IMG/VR virus record: IMGVR_UViG_3300038393_000923
Coordinates: 1-34,401 of that record
DNA length: 34,401 nucleotides
Direction: 5' to 3' (one strand)
DNA from: a virus
Lineage: Duplodnaviria > Caudoviricetes
The stretch's first letter is position 1. The number at the start of each line of letters is the position of its first letter. Positions 26,748 through 34,401 of this stretch are shown piece after piece. The translations under genes were made by a program, and so were the position numbers. Below the pieces are notes generated by a model. The model worked only from the letters and a program-made list of their open reading frames with translations. It searched no databases and had not been told where the DNA came from.

Positions 26748-27321
26748 TAGAAAAGAACAAGTAGAATCAGCATTAGATTATTTACAAAAGCAAGTTCATA
26801 GTATCGGAGATGAAGATCTCGCGGCTCTTGCACAGTATGTTTTAGATGATAATAACTTTGTCTCTTGTCCCGGATCAAAAGGCGGAACCAATCACGGCCA
26901 CCATGCATATGATGGTGGCCTTGCTGTCCATACATCAGAAGTATTGGAGATTGCACTTGGCATGACGGATGCTCAAGGCTTAGATATTGATGATGACATT
27001 CTTATCACCGCCACAATATGGCATGATTATGGTAAGATTTTTGATTATGGTTCAAAGAGAGAAGATGGATCATATAATGTAAAACCACACTATACATTGA
27101 TTAGACATCTTTCTAGATCATATGCTGAGTTTATGCGTGTTGCAACTGAATATTGTATCGATTCAGAAGTAATAGATAAGATTGGCCACGCTATTCTTGC
27201 ACATCACGGTCGTCGTGAATGGGGCAGTCCAACAGAACCAATTACAACAGAAGCATTTGTTCTTCATGCTGCCGATCATATTAGTGCTCAGTGTTCAAAA
27301 GATTATTACGTAAGAGATTGA
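26731..27321 (+). CDS. HD-domain phosphohydrolase (YhaM/Cbf1-like HD domain, no OB fold)
   Basis: HHAYDGGLAVHT, WHDYGK, RH, LAHHGRREWGSP and HAAD; AAGGA SD before ATG 26731. Confidence 0.85.
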   Translation: MADQIDRKEQVESALDYLQKQVHSIGDEDLAALAQYVLDDNNFVSCPGSKGGTNHGHHAYDGGLAVHTSEVLEIALGMTDAQGLDIDDDILITATIWHDYGKIFDYGSKREDGSYNVKPHYTLIRHLSRSYAEFMRVATEYCIDSEVIDKIGHAILAHHGRREWGSPTEPITTEAFVLHAADHISAQCSKDYYVRD

Positions 27322-27322
27322 A

Positions 27323-27805
27323 ATGAAATTAAACCTTGAATGTGGAACAAATATCCGTAATGGATATGAAAATATTAATTTTGGCGTAGTGCCATTAAAT
27401 AGTATCTCGGAAGGGTCACGATTCGTTGTAGGAAACTATAGAAACTTAGATCCTATAGTTGATGATGGCAGTTGTGAAGAAATTGTATTTAATCCGCCTT
27501 TAAATGTTTTATCGCCAAATGAAATTGTTAATGTCTTAAATCATTGGTCGAGAAAGCTGACGGGCGGTGGAAAGTTAGTAGTAACTTTCTATGATATTCG
27601 TCGAATTGGGCGTGCTGCTCATTCTAGCGAACTTTCTTTAGAAGATATTCATGGCATGACACTTGGTAATAGAAATGAGCTTAAAACAGTAATGGATACT
27701 GCTGTTATCAAGCTTGTTGCAAGTGCTTCTGGATTATTGATTGAGTCTATTTCACCAAAACAGTTCACAGTAACAGTAGAGTTAATTAAGAATGCTAAAG
27801 ACTAA
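27323..27805 (+). CDS. Degenerate class I SAM methyltransferase-like protein
   Basis: KLNLECGTNIRNGYENIN compared with canonical LNLGCG...GYxNxD; DGSCEEI...VLNHWSRKLTGGGKL. Confidence 0.6.
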   Translation: MKLNLECGTNIRNGYENINFGVVPLNSISEGSRFVVGNYRNLDPIVDDGSCEEIVFNPPLNVLSPNEIVNVLNHWSRKLTGGGKLVVTFYDIRRIGRAAHSSELSLEDIHGMTLGNRNELKTVMDTAVIKLVASASGLLIESISPKQFTVTVELIKNAKD

Positions 27806-28481
27806 ATGTAAAGAATGTGTATTTAATGAAAATGACAACTGTACATTAGGAAAGCCAACCACTAATGATCCTGACGGTATGAATACCGAAGGATATTGTC
27901 GTCATAAGCGTACTATTGATTGGCGTAATAAAGTTGATCCATTATTACTAGACAGTAAAGAATTCTTAGTTCGCAAAGTGAACGAAGAAGAAGCCCGATT
28001 AAGTGTTATCATTATTTGTTTGGATAATGATGTTGATAAGCTAAATGACACATTAACAAGCTTAACTCATTGTAAAGATTTTGTTAGACAGCTTATTGTT
28101 GTCACAGATAAAGCTCATGGCCAAGGTTTTATTGATATTCTAGAAGCTATTACTGCTTTTGGTGTTCCTTGGAATCTTGAAAATCTAAAGGGTGATTATG
28201 AATATGCGTTTAACGATGTTCATGATTATGTTTCACCATTGGTTAAGTGTCATTGGCTAGTTGCTATTCCCGCTGGCTATATGTTTGAAACAGCAGCACT
28301 TGGTGATGTTCAAACTCTTTTATCTTACGATAATAATAATTATGTTGCATTCTATCATAAGGACTATTTTGTTTGTAACATATTTGCATTCCATGAATTA
28401 AATTGTAATTATGGAACACCTTGGATGGATAAGGTTAAATACTTTACGAATTGGGAGCAAGTATGTCGCAAGCTAGATTAA
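27792..28481 (+). CDS. Hypothetical protein: Cys-rich N-terminus plus a divergent GT-A-like domain
   Basis: CKECVF...C...C N-terminus, then LSVIII...LNDTLTSL...LIVV, resembling a GT2 N-terminal region. No clear DxD motif. Confidence 0.5.
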   Translation: MLKTKCKECVFNENDNCTLGKPTTNDPDGMNTEGYCRHKRTIDWRNKVDPLLLDSKEFLVRKVNEEEARLSVIIICLDNDVDKLNDTLTSLTHCKDFVRQLIVVTDKAHGQGFIDILEAITAFGVPWNLENLKGDYEYAFNDVHDYVSPLVKCHWLVAIPAGYMFETAALGDVQTLLSYDNNNYVAFYHKDYFVCNIFAFHELNCNYGTPWMDKVKYFTNWEQVCRKLD

Positions 28482-29242
28482 AAGTAGCAACTATTACTGC
28501 AAACTATAATAACGGAAAATACTTCGGAGAATGTTTAGATGGAATTTTATCTCAAACATATCCGGTTAAGTATGCCGTAGTTGTTGACGATGGTAGTACA
28601 GACGATTCTGTTAAATTGATTAAACAGGAAATGCAAGACCGTGGTGGAAAGTTAGTTTATGCAAATGATGGCTGGTGTTTCGCTAATATCAATGGAACAC
28701 TTGTTATCTTGCTTCCGCAAGAGACGAATAGGGGTCCAGCCGCAGCACGAAACGTTGCCGTAAGACACGCCATAGCCTCTGGTGTCGATGTTCTATGCGT
28801 TGCCGATTCTGATGATATCCTTTATCCTACTAAGATTGAAAAGTCAATTAAAGTAATGTTAAAGTATCCAGCGGTTGCCTTAGTATATTCTGACTATGAT
28901 GTTTATAATGAATCAACTGGTGAAATAAAGCGAGAATTTAAAGAACCTTTTAGCTACAACCGTTTATTTGAAGAATGTATTGTTTCGAATAATTCTATAA
29001 TAGCTAGTTCTATTTTTAAACATATTGATTTATATGATGAAAGTCTCTTTGGCCCAGAGGATTATGATATGTGGCTTCGAATAGCAGAAACCGCCGCAGT
29101 ATATCATATACCCGAAGCATTATATAAATATAGAATTAGTGGAAATAACATAACAATAACAACTCCGTCTGAACGGTTTGCTGAACACGTTCGTCGTGTA
29201 AAAATTAAAGCAATAGAAAGAAGAAATGGCAAACAAGGATAA
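28463..29242 (+). CDS. GT2 family glycosyltransferase
   Basis: ANYNNGKY, VVVDDGSTDDS, NRGPAAARN, ADSDD and EDYDMWLR; GGAG SD before ATG 28463. Confidence 0.93.
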   Translation: MSQARLKVATITANYNNGKYFGECLDGILSQTYPVKYAVVVDDGSTDDSVKLIKQEMQDRGGKLVYANDGWCFANINGTLVILLPQETNRGPAAARNVAVRHAIASGVDVLCVADSDDILYPTKIEKSIKVMLKYPAVALVYSDYDVYNESTGEIKREFKEPFSYNRLFEECIVSNNSIIASSIFKHIDLYDESLFGPEDYDMWLRIAETAAVYHIPEALYKYRISGNNITITTPSERFAEHVRRVKIKAIERRNGKQG

Positions 29243-29768
29243 TACATTTTTAAAACAAGCCAAGAAAAATGGCTTTAGTTTAGATGATGGTTTTAGAATG
29301 GTTGGATTTGTTCTTGACAACCTATCGGCTAGTCAAATAGCACATCTTTGTGTTGAGAACACAAACAAGTGGCTTGAATCTAATTTTGGCACAAACTTCT
29401 CTGTTTTTTATGAGGAGAATTCAATGCCGTGTATTCAGCCATGTTTTGCAAGATTTCATGCCAAAGACGCCATGGCTTTCTATGGTCATTTGATAGCCAC
29501 ATCGTTTAGTACGGCATTTTCCATTAAAGATGCCACTCGATCTAAACGATATTACTATATAAATGATCTTGAATGGACTCGTCCTTGGTTTAGACACAAT
29601 CAAGATGATATAGATAAAGTTCTCAACAATGATGAAATTGTAAAGTTTACAAGATCTAATGATCACTATAAATATCTAACAGATATGGGAATTAACGTTA
29701 TTCCTAATATTGTTGAAGACTTTGATATTAATAAAATTTTGGAGATAATTAATGGCAATGAGCGTTGA
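29226..29768 (+). CDS. Hypothetical protein resembling an isolated GT-B N-terminal domain
   Basis: LIATSFSTA and YYYINDLEW resemble the ATxWxTA and YFxQDxE motifs of WsaF-like glycosyltransferases. No C-terminal donor-binding domain. Confidence 0.5.
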   Translation: MANKDNTFLKQAKKNGFSLDDGFRMVGFVLDNLSASQIAHLCVENTNKWLESNFGTNFSVFYEENSMPCIQPCFARFHAKDAMAFYGHLIATSFSTAFSIKDATRSKRYYYINDLEWTRPWFRHNQDDIDKVLNNDEIVKFTRSNDHYKYLTDMGINVIPNIVEDFDINKILEIINGNER

Positions 29769-30561
29769 AGAATTACGTCAGAGTCTTATTGATCTAGGCT
29801 TTGATCCAAGTTCACTTAAGGGAGTTGGTAAGAGCGAATTACGAAAGATGTTAGAAGATTCACAGTCAGTCAAGGAAACACTTGATAATGTTGTTGTTGA
29901 TGAGTCGCCAAAGCTTCCAATCACTACACCAGAAGACGATGTTGACAATCGTCCATTAATGACAGATGCTAAGTGGACAGATTATGTTATGGATTTGTTT
30001 GATGAGCGTGAACTAGACAAGGGAATGCCCAAGGCCGACTCTCTTCGTCGTGTTGCTGAGCTTCTGCTTGGACCATTTAATACATTTACTAGAGTTGAAC
30101 AGGTTCCAACTATTGATAATGCTGGACGTGCAACTGTAGTAGTTGATATTCAGTTTATTAATGGACTCAAACAGAGCTTCTCTGGGGCCGCAGATGTGTT
30201 CAGTGGCAATACAGCCAAGGAATTCGCTGTTCACGCCGTAGCGACGGCGGAAACGCGTGCAGAAGGTCGTGCATTACGTAAGGCACTACGCCTAACTAAG
30301 ATTCTAACAGCAGAAGAGCTACAGGGGGCAGATGTTGATGAAGCTAATGGCACAGATAAACGTATTGTTTCTAGTATGCTTAATAGTCTTAATGTAATGT
30401 GTGATCGTGCTGGTGTTGATCTAATTAGACTAGCAATTAAGCTCGGATTTGATATTCAGACCCCGGAAGATCTAACACACAAGCAAGGCTTGGACATCTC
30501 AAATCAACTAAGTAAATATCAGCGTAAACTAGAGGAAATTCCAGTAGAGGTTAAGAAGTAA
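29752..30561 (+). CDS. Putative Rad52/Sak-like single-strand annealing protein with an N-terminal helix-extended-helix motif
   Basis: SLRRVAELL helix, beta-strands ATVVVDIQF...FSGAAD, then AVATAETRAEGRALRKAL...TAEEL, consistent with a Rad52-superfamily core. Confidence 0.55.
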   Translation: MAMSVEELRQSLIDLGFDPSSLKGVGKSELRKMLEDSQSVKETLDNVVVDESPKLPITTPEDDVDNRPLMTDAKWTDYVMDLFDERELDKGMPKADSLRRVAELLLGPFNTFTRVEQVPTIDNAGRATVVVDIQFINGLKQSFSGAADVFSGNTAKEFAVHAVATAETRAEGRALRKALRLTKILTAEELQGADVDEANGTDKRIVSSMLNSLNVMCDRAGVDLIRLAIKLGFDIQTPEDLTHKQGLDISNQLSKYQRKLEEIPVEVKK

Positions 30562-31043
30562 TGGCAGACTATCAACAGAATATAAAAGAGTATCGCGTTT
30601 ATAAGCCAAAGAATGATGGCAATGGTGCTGCAACGGCTTGGCAACTAAGTTTTAAGAAGGACAATAAGTTTAATCCTTGGATGTTCTTCCTTGTTGCCGC
30701 CAAGCAGGAGGGCACCGACGACAAGGGTAATGCTAAGTTTAACTGGAAAGAGGGGGCATTAACAGTTAAGCTAGGAGATAATGATTTAGGCGAGATAATC
30801 TCTGTTCTAGAAGGTCGTAAAGATTCTCTAGGAACAAAGGGAAGTCTATTCCATCAAACTCCGTCTGGTGGCAATAAGGTAATTAAGATGGAAGCCAATG
30901 AGTATGGTTTCAATATTGCAGTTTCAGCACAAGATGAGAACAAAAATCGTCTTGGACCAATCTATCATAGCATCACTCATGGCGAAGGATCATTATTATT
31001 GATTCTTCTTAAGAAGGCTGTGGAGACTATGTATGGTTGGTAA
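30561..31043 (+). CDS. Whirly-like single-stranded DNA-binding protein
   Basis: Collinear Whirly-type motifs YRVYK, FNW...VKL...DLGEIISVL, LFHQTP, KVIKME, FNIAVS and ITHGEGSLL...YGW-stop. Confidence 0.7.
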   Translation: MADYQQNIKEYRVYKPKNDGNGAATAWQLSFKKDNKFNPWMFFLVAAKQEGTDDKGNAKFNWKEGALTVKLGDNDLGEIISVLEGRKDSLGTKGSLFHQTPSGGNKVIKMEANEYGFNIAVSAQDENKNRLGPIYHSITHGEGSLLLILLKKAVETMYGW

Positions 31044-31284
31044 TAATAATATACCACAATGGATTGCAACAGCACTTAATTTAATTGGTTTAATTATTAA
31101 TGCAAAAAAATCTCCATGGTGCTGGCCATTATGGATAGTTGGTTCAATGATTTTTATGTTCATTTTTGCAACACAAAAAGATTGGGCAACCTTTAGTTTA
31201 TTTGCTGGATATCAAATAATAAATATTTATGGATTATATGAATGGATAAAAAATAAAAATGACACAAGCAGAACTATCACATGA
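31033..31284 (+). CDS. Short PnuC-like membrane protein (three predicted TM helices)
   Basis: WIATALNLIG...KKSPWCWPLWIVGS...YQIINIYGLYEW pattern of PnuC repeats. Confidence 0.65.
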   Translation: MVGNNNIPQWIATALNLIGLIINAKKSPWCWPLWIVGSMIFMFIFATQKDWATFSLFAGYQIINIYGLYEWIKNKNDTSRTIT

Positions 31285-31444
31285 ACTATTGGCATTAAGT
31301 AAAGTATTATTAGAAACAGAACAGCCGTCTGGGGCTTTATATTCATTATCTGAACAATTACAAATTCTATCTAGGTCAGCATTAGATTTAGCTACTAGAA
31401 AAAGTCGTCTTGAAGTTTCAAAAAAGAAACGTTTGACTGTATAA
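31259..31444 (+). CDS. Small hypothetical protein
   Basis: 61-aa ORF, the last gene before the terminator. Confidence 0.55.
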   Translation: MTQAELSHELLALSKVLLETEQPSGALYSLSEQLQILSRSALDLATRKSRLEVSKKKRLTV

Positions 31445-31485
31445 ACTAATACCGCCTGAGAGCAAGTCTAATCCTGTTAGACTAT

Positions 31486-31516
31486 AAAAGAACCCAGCAG
31501 AAATGCTGGGTTTTTT
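31486..31516. terminator. Probably bidirectional rho-independent terminator between convergent gene blocks
   Basis: AAAAG-AACCCAGCA-GAAA-TGCTGGGTT-TTTT: a perfect 9-bp stem with an A-tract on the left and a T-tract on the right. Confidence 0.88.
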
Positions 31517-31540
31517 CGTTTGTATATTCAATTGTTTTTA

Positions 31541-32158
31541 TTAGAGATATTCAAGCTCTGTCCATAGAGCGAATTCTTTAGCACCGACACTTGTTGGACT
31601 AGCACTTAAGGCAACATACCAATCGTGCTGAGTATCTGCTGTATTCCCACCATTTGGAGATAGACCGCTAGTACCGGGGCTATCAACAAGGCTCAGTGTA
31701 GTTCCAGAACCCTTAATATTAATCCAAGCAGAGTCACCACTACCTGTTAGATTTTGAATTGTTGATGGATGAATAATCTCGGCAGCGTAAAGGTTTACGC
31801 CAGATGGATTATTGTTTTTATTACTTCTATCATATGCGTATATCTTTGCATTTTGAATCTTAACGGCACTAGTATGACTAAACCGAATATTCAAAGTAGA
31901 TAGATAGTTGGGTAGTTGTAGAAGATTAATTCCACTACCAGTTTGGCCGACAATAACACCGGAAGTGTTTAGATATTTACAGTTATCTGCTTCTGGACCC
32001 TGTGCGGTTCCAGTAGAATCAGTAATAAATGTTCTTCCGTTATAAGAACCGACAGAAATACTATATCCAAAGCCGGAATCATTGTAGAATCCCAAGCCGC
32101 TACCAGCTATGTTATTAATATTTGTGCCTTGTCCAGCTAAAAAGTCGATACTTGCCAT
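31541..32158 (-). CDS. Putative virion structural protein
   Basis: 205 aa, G/S/T/N-rich and beta-rich; AGGAG SD; lies in the block convergent to the replication genes. The function is inferred. Confidence 0.55.
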   Translation of the reverse strand: MASIDFLAGQGTNINNIAGSGLGFYNDSGFGYSISVGSYNGRTFITDSTGTAQGPEADNCKYLNTSGVIVGQTGSGINLLQLPNYLSTLNIRFSHTSAVKIQNAKIYAYDRSNKNNNPSGVNLYAAEIIHPSTIQNLTGSGDSAWINIKGSGTTLSLVDSPGTSGLSPNGGNTADTQHDWYVALSASPTSVGAKEFALWTELEYL

Positions 32159-32166
32159 AATGTTAG

Positions 32167-32212
32167 CTCCTAGGATTTATATAAAATAGATATATCTAAT
32201 TAAATTATACAG
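32167..32212 (-). promoter_or_regulatory. Possible promoter (-10 TATAAT) and SD upstream of the 31541..32158 gene
   Basis: The minus strand reads CTGTATAAT (TATAAT at 32204-32209), an AT-rich spacer, then AGGAG (32167-32171). No clear -35 element. Confidence 0.35.
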
Positions 32213-32908
32213 TTATCTAATCAATGTATAATCCAAATTTATTGTTTTCCGAAGTACCCCGTTGGCATTAAGATTCCACGCTAGCATAGTTTCTGGATGA
32301 AATGGAATATTATTTTCCATTAGCCAGTCAAAATTATTATATAAACTACAATAGATACGCATTTCTTTTAGATGTCCAGCACCAAAAGTATCATTACTAG
32401 CATATCCATCAATTAATCCATAATGAGGCTGAACCGGAATGCATACACTTCCAGATTCAATCTGATTTGTCAAGTCAACTTGATTATTATACATTGAATC
32501 AAATCTAGCTCTTATGACTATATCATACTTAGTTCCAGTTTCGCCAATATAATCATTCAGCAAAGATAAGGCTTTGTTGAGAGAATACCACTGTGAAACA
32601 ATGCTTTCTGTCTTAGTTCCGCCGAATGGAGTTTTTGGTCTAAATCTATCAATATTTATTTTTGATTGAAACTCTAGTGCGTTTTCGATCGCTAGTTTCT
32701 TTGGTTTATATATATCTATAATTTCCTGTTCGTTGATTTTGGTACTAAAGTCATAATCATTATGAACCTTAATAACTTTACCCGTTGTATCCCATGTATG
32801 AATAAAAAAATCACACTCTCTATTATGTAATATATTACTAAATAAAGAATTATATGTTTCTTTGTATGTTCTAACTTGTCCTGATAAAATTACTGCAATA
32901 TTATTCAT
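32213..32908 (-). CDS. Putative glycosyltransferase-like protein
   Basis: IAVILSGQVRTY, FFIHTWD, SQWYS, YDIVIRARFD, NDTF and PETML. This pattern recurs in viral and capsule-locus GT-like proteins. Confidence 0.65.
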   Translation of the reverse strand: MNNIAVILSGQVRTYKETYNSLFSNILHNRECDFFIHTWDTTGKVIKVHNDYDFSTKINEQEIIDIYKPKKLAIENALEFQSKINIDRFRPKTPFGGTKTESIVSQWYSLNKALSLLNDYIGETGTKYDIVIRARFDSMYNNQVDLTNQIESGSVCIPVQPHYGLIDGYASNDTFGAGHLKEMRIYCSLYNNFDWLMENNIPFHPETMLAWNLNANGVLRKTINLDYTLIR

Positions 32909-34164
32909 GTAACATCCAGTGTAATATCCTCAACATCTAATCTGACAACAACATAAACCTCATAGTTTATGAAAGACGTTGTAAATTGTCCTAATGTATA
33001 ACCTCTAGTAGCATTTCCTGCCCAATTTCCAAATGAATGATTAACATTTGTAGGAGGCAAACTAGTAAAACATTCATTTACACTTGGTATAGATGTTTCT
33101 CCAGAAAAATTACTTATAAGAGTTCCTGTACCAGATTTAGTGTCCCACCTCTTATATTGTCCTTCTACCCATATATCATTTGGAGTGTCGGTTCCACCGG
33201 CACCATCGGTCATTGGTAAAAATACAGTTGGTTTGGCTAGAAATTCTACAGTTCTATTAAGCCATTTTCCAGCTTCTAAAGCAACCTTAGAAACAATTAG
33301 ATTTTTAGTAACTTGGCTATACTGAAAGTTTGTTGGAGTGCCAGTTGGGAAAGTATTAACTTGATAGGTAAAATCAACTCTTACGTTAGTATACATTTTA
33401 TTTGGACCAGAACTAACTGGAGTCCAATTGCTATCTGCGTTTGCTTCTGCATCTGCAAGACTGCTCCAATTATCAATTCGTGATTGACCACTGCGTGCGT
33501 ATGTTTCATAATAGTAAGCCATTGTTGGACTTACACCATTAATATGAGTAGAATCTGTTTTAACTGGTCTGGCAAATCTTTTCATCATATTTAGAAGAAT
33601 TTGAATTTCTTCAAATATCCAAGGCCCAACAACTTCGCCAAGATCTAAAAGTGCCCACTTATAAATTGTTACTAATTGTGGTAGCTTTTCATCTGATAAC
33701 ACCCATTGCCCACCAAGTCTTTTATATATCAGTCCATCTGATAAATCTCTAGCTATATCGCCATCTGCGATAGGACTTCCATCTTGCCATTGTGTTGTTG
33801 GAAAATATGGACCACGAATAAACTCTTTAGGAAATTTATGTGTAGGAGCATGTCCTCCTAAAGCAGCTTCGTAATCAGCAATAGTAATAAATGGCATATT
33901 TGAAACGCCATCCACTTCAGCATCTGGATGAATCCATAGTCCTCCATCCGCATTTGAAACTGAGGCAGTACCATAAGATAAATTTATAATTATTTGATAT
34001 ATTGATTTTAAACCATCAACATATATACTACAAGCATTCTGTCCTACCTGAAAACGATATATGTCTTCTACTCGAAAATTATTAAATGTTGCATATTGAC
34101 GTTCTAAAACCGTTCTATATAAATCGGTTAGAAAATCAACATTTGTCCAATTAACCGACGCCAT
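32905..34164 (-). CDS. Hypothetical protein, probably virion/tail-associated
   Basis: 419 aa with a T/S/N/G-rich C-terminal half and DGDIARDLSDGLIYKRLGGQW, a tail-fibre-like beta motif; AAGGA SD. Confidence 0.55.
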   Translation of the reverse strand: MASVNWTNVDFLTDLYRTVLERQYATFNNFRVEDIYRFQVGQNACSIYVDGLKSIYQIIINLSYGTASVSNADGGLWIHPDAEVDGVSNMPFITIADYEAALGGHAPTHKFPKEFIRGPYFPTTQWQDGSPIADGDIARDLSDGLIYKRLGGQWVLSDEKLPQLVTIYKWALLDLGEVVGPWIFEEIQILLNMMKRFARPVKTDSTHINGVSPTMAYYYETYARSGQSRIDNWSSLADAEANADSNWTPVSSGPNKMYTNVRVDFTYQVNTFPTGTPTNFQYSQVTKNLIVSKVALEAGKWLNRTVEFLAKPTVFLPMTDGAGGTDTPNDIWVEGQYKRWDTKSGTGTLISNFSGETSIPSVNECFTSLPPTNVNHSFGNWAGNATRGYTLGQFTTSFINYEVYVVVRLDVEDITLDVT

Positions 34165-34401
34165 TGTTCATCCTTGGATAATCCCAAACAATTTTTCCGT
34201 TTATTGTTGATAAAACCGCATAAGAACCGGGACCGGGCCAAAATTCTAATGCAGCACCTATTTTACTATTTTCGCCGCTTGGTCCGGCAACATATCTTAA
34301 AATCTGATTTGTATTTGTACCAGATGATACTGTTAAATATTCAACATTACGTAAGTATCCAGAATTTGAAGTCTGAACATCTAAGCCTCCACCGCCACCA
34401 A
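34151..34401 (-). CDS. C-terminal end of a probable structural protein (5' part outside the window)
   Basis: Open minus-strand frame GGGGGLDVQTSNSGYLRNVEYLTVSSG...NGKIVWDYPRMNNGVG* ending at 34151 and overlapping the next start. Confidence 0.6.
   Translation of the reverse strand, partial: GGGGGLDVQTSNSGYLRNVEYLTVSSGTNTNQILRYVAGPSGENSKIGAALEFWPGPGSYAVLSTINGKIVWDYPRMNNGVG

Noticed and set aside
26731-27321. Z-genome (DatZ/PurZ) or 7-deazaguanine modification pathway
   Set aside because: The HD protein has YhaM-type motifs, and no PurZ, MazZ, DpdA, QueC, QueD or FolE genes are recognisable in the window.
31445-31540. tRNA or riboswitch in the convergent intergenic region
   Set aside because: No cloverleaf, T-loop consensus or recognisable aptamer; only two simple hairpins.
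335-33325. Many short antisense or alternate-frame ORFs in the track (e.g. 335..532, 2185..2613, 13298..13561, 17673..18014, 22158..22466, 33037..33219)
   Set aside because: They lie within well-supported genes, lack motifs and read as shadow ORFs.
1-34401. Stop-codon reassignment as seen in some large phages
   Set aside because: Genes are full length in code 11 and pack tightly; TAA, TGA and TAG (e.g. 5105-5107) all act as stops.

Overview
Densely packed, AT-rich segment of a large (jumbo-type) tailed-phage genome read in the standard bacterial code. Bases 1-31444 are one + strand nucleotide-metabolism, replication and recombination region. It contains the C-terminal part of a class II ribonucleotide reductase, dUTPase, a SAM methyltransferase, a HAD phosphatase/nucleotidyltransferase/cupin sugar-nucleotide triad, a DnaQ-like exonuclease, a GNAT, RecA, DnaB, a DnaG-type primase, a dNMP kinase, a Cas4/AddB-like nuclease and a DarG-like macrodomain. 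DnaE follows, split into two genes, with an HNH-containing intein in the second. Next is a cluster of glycosyltransferases interleaved with Nudix, HD and degenerate methyltransferase genes, then a Rad52-like annealase coupled to a Whirly-like ssDNA-binding protein, and a short PnuC-like membrane protein. A probably bidirectional terminator near 31.5 kb separates this region from convergent - strand genes that look virion-structural, with a further glycosyltransferase-like gene among them. The most notable items are the Rad52-like/Whirly-like pair, the polymerase-linked glycosylation cluster and the split, intein-bearing DnaE. All family assignments come from motif recognition by eye; no database searches were run.
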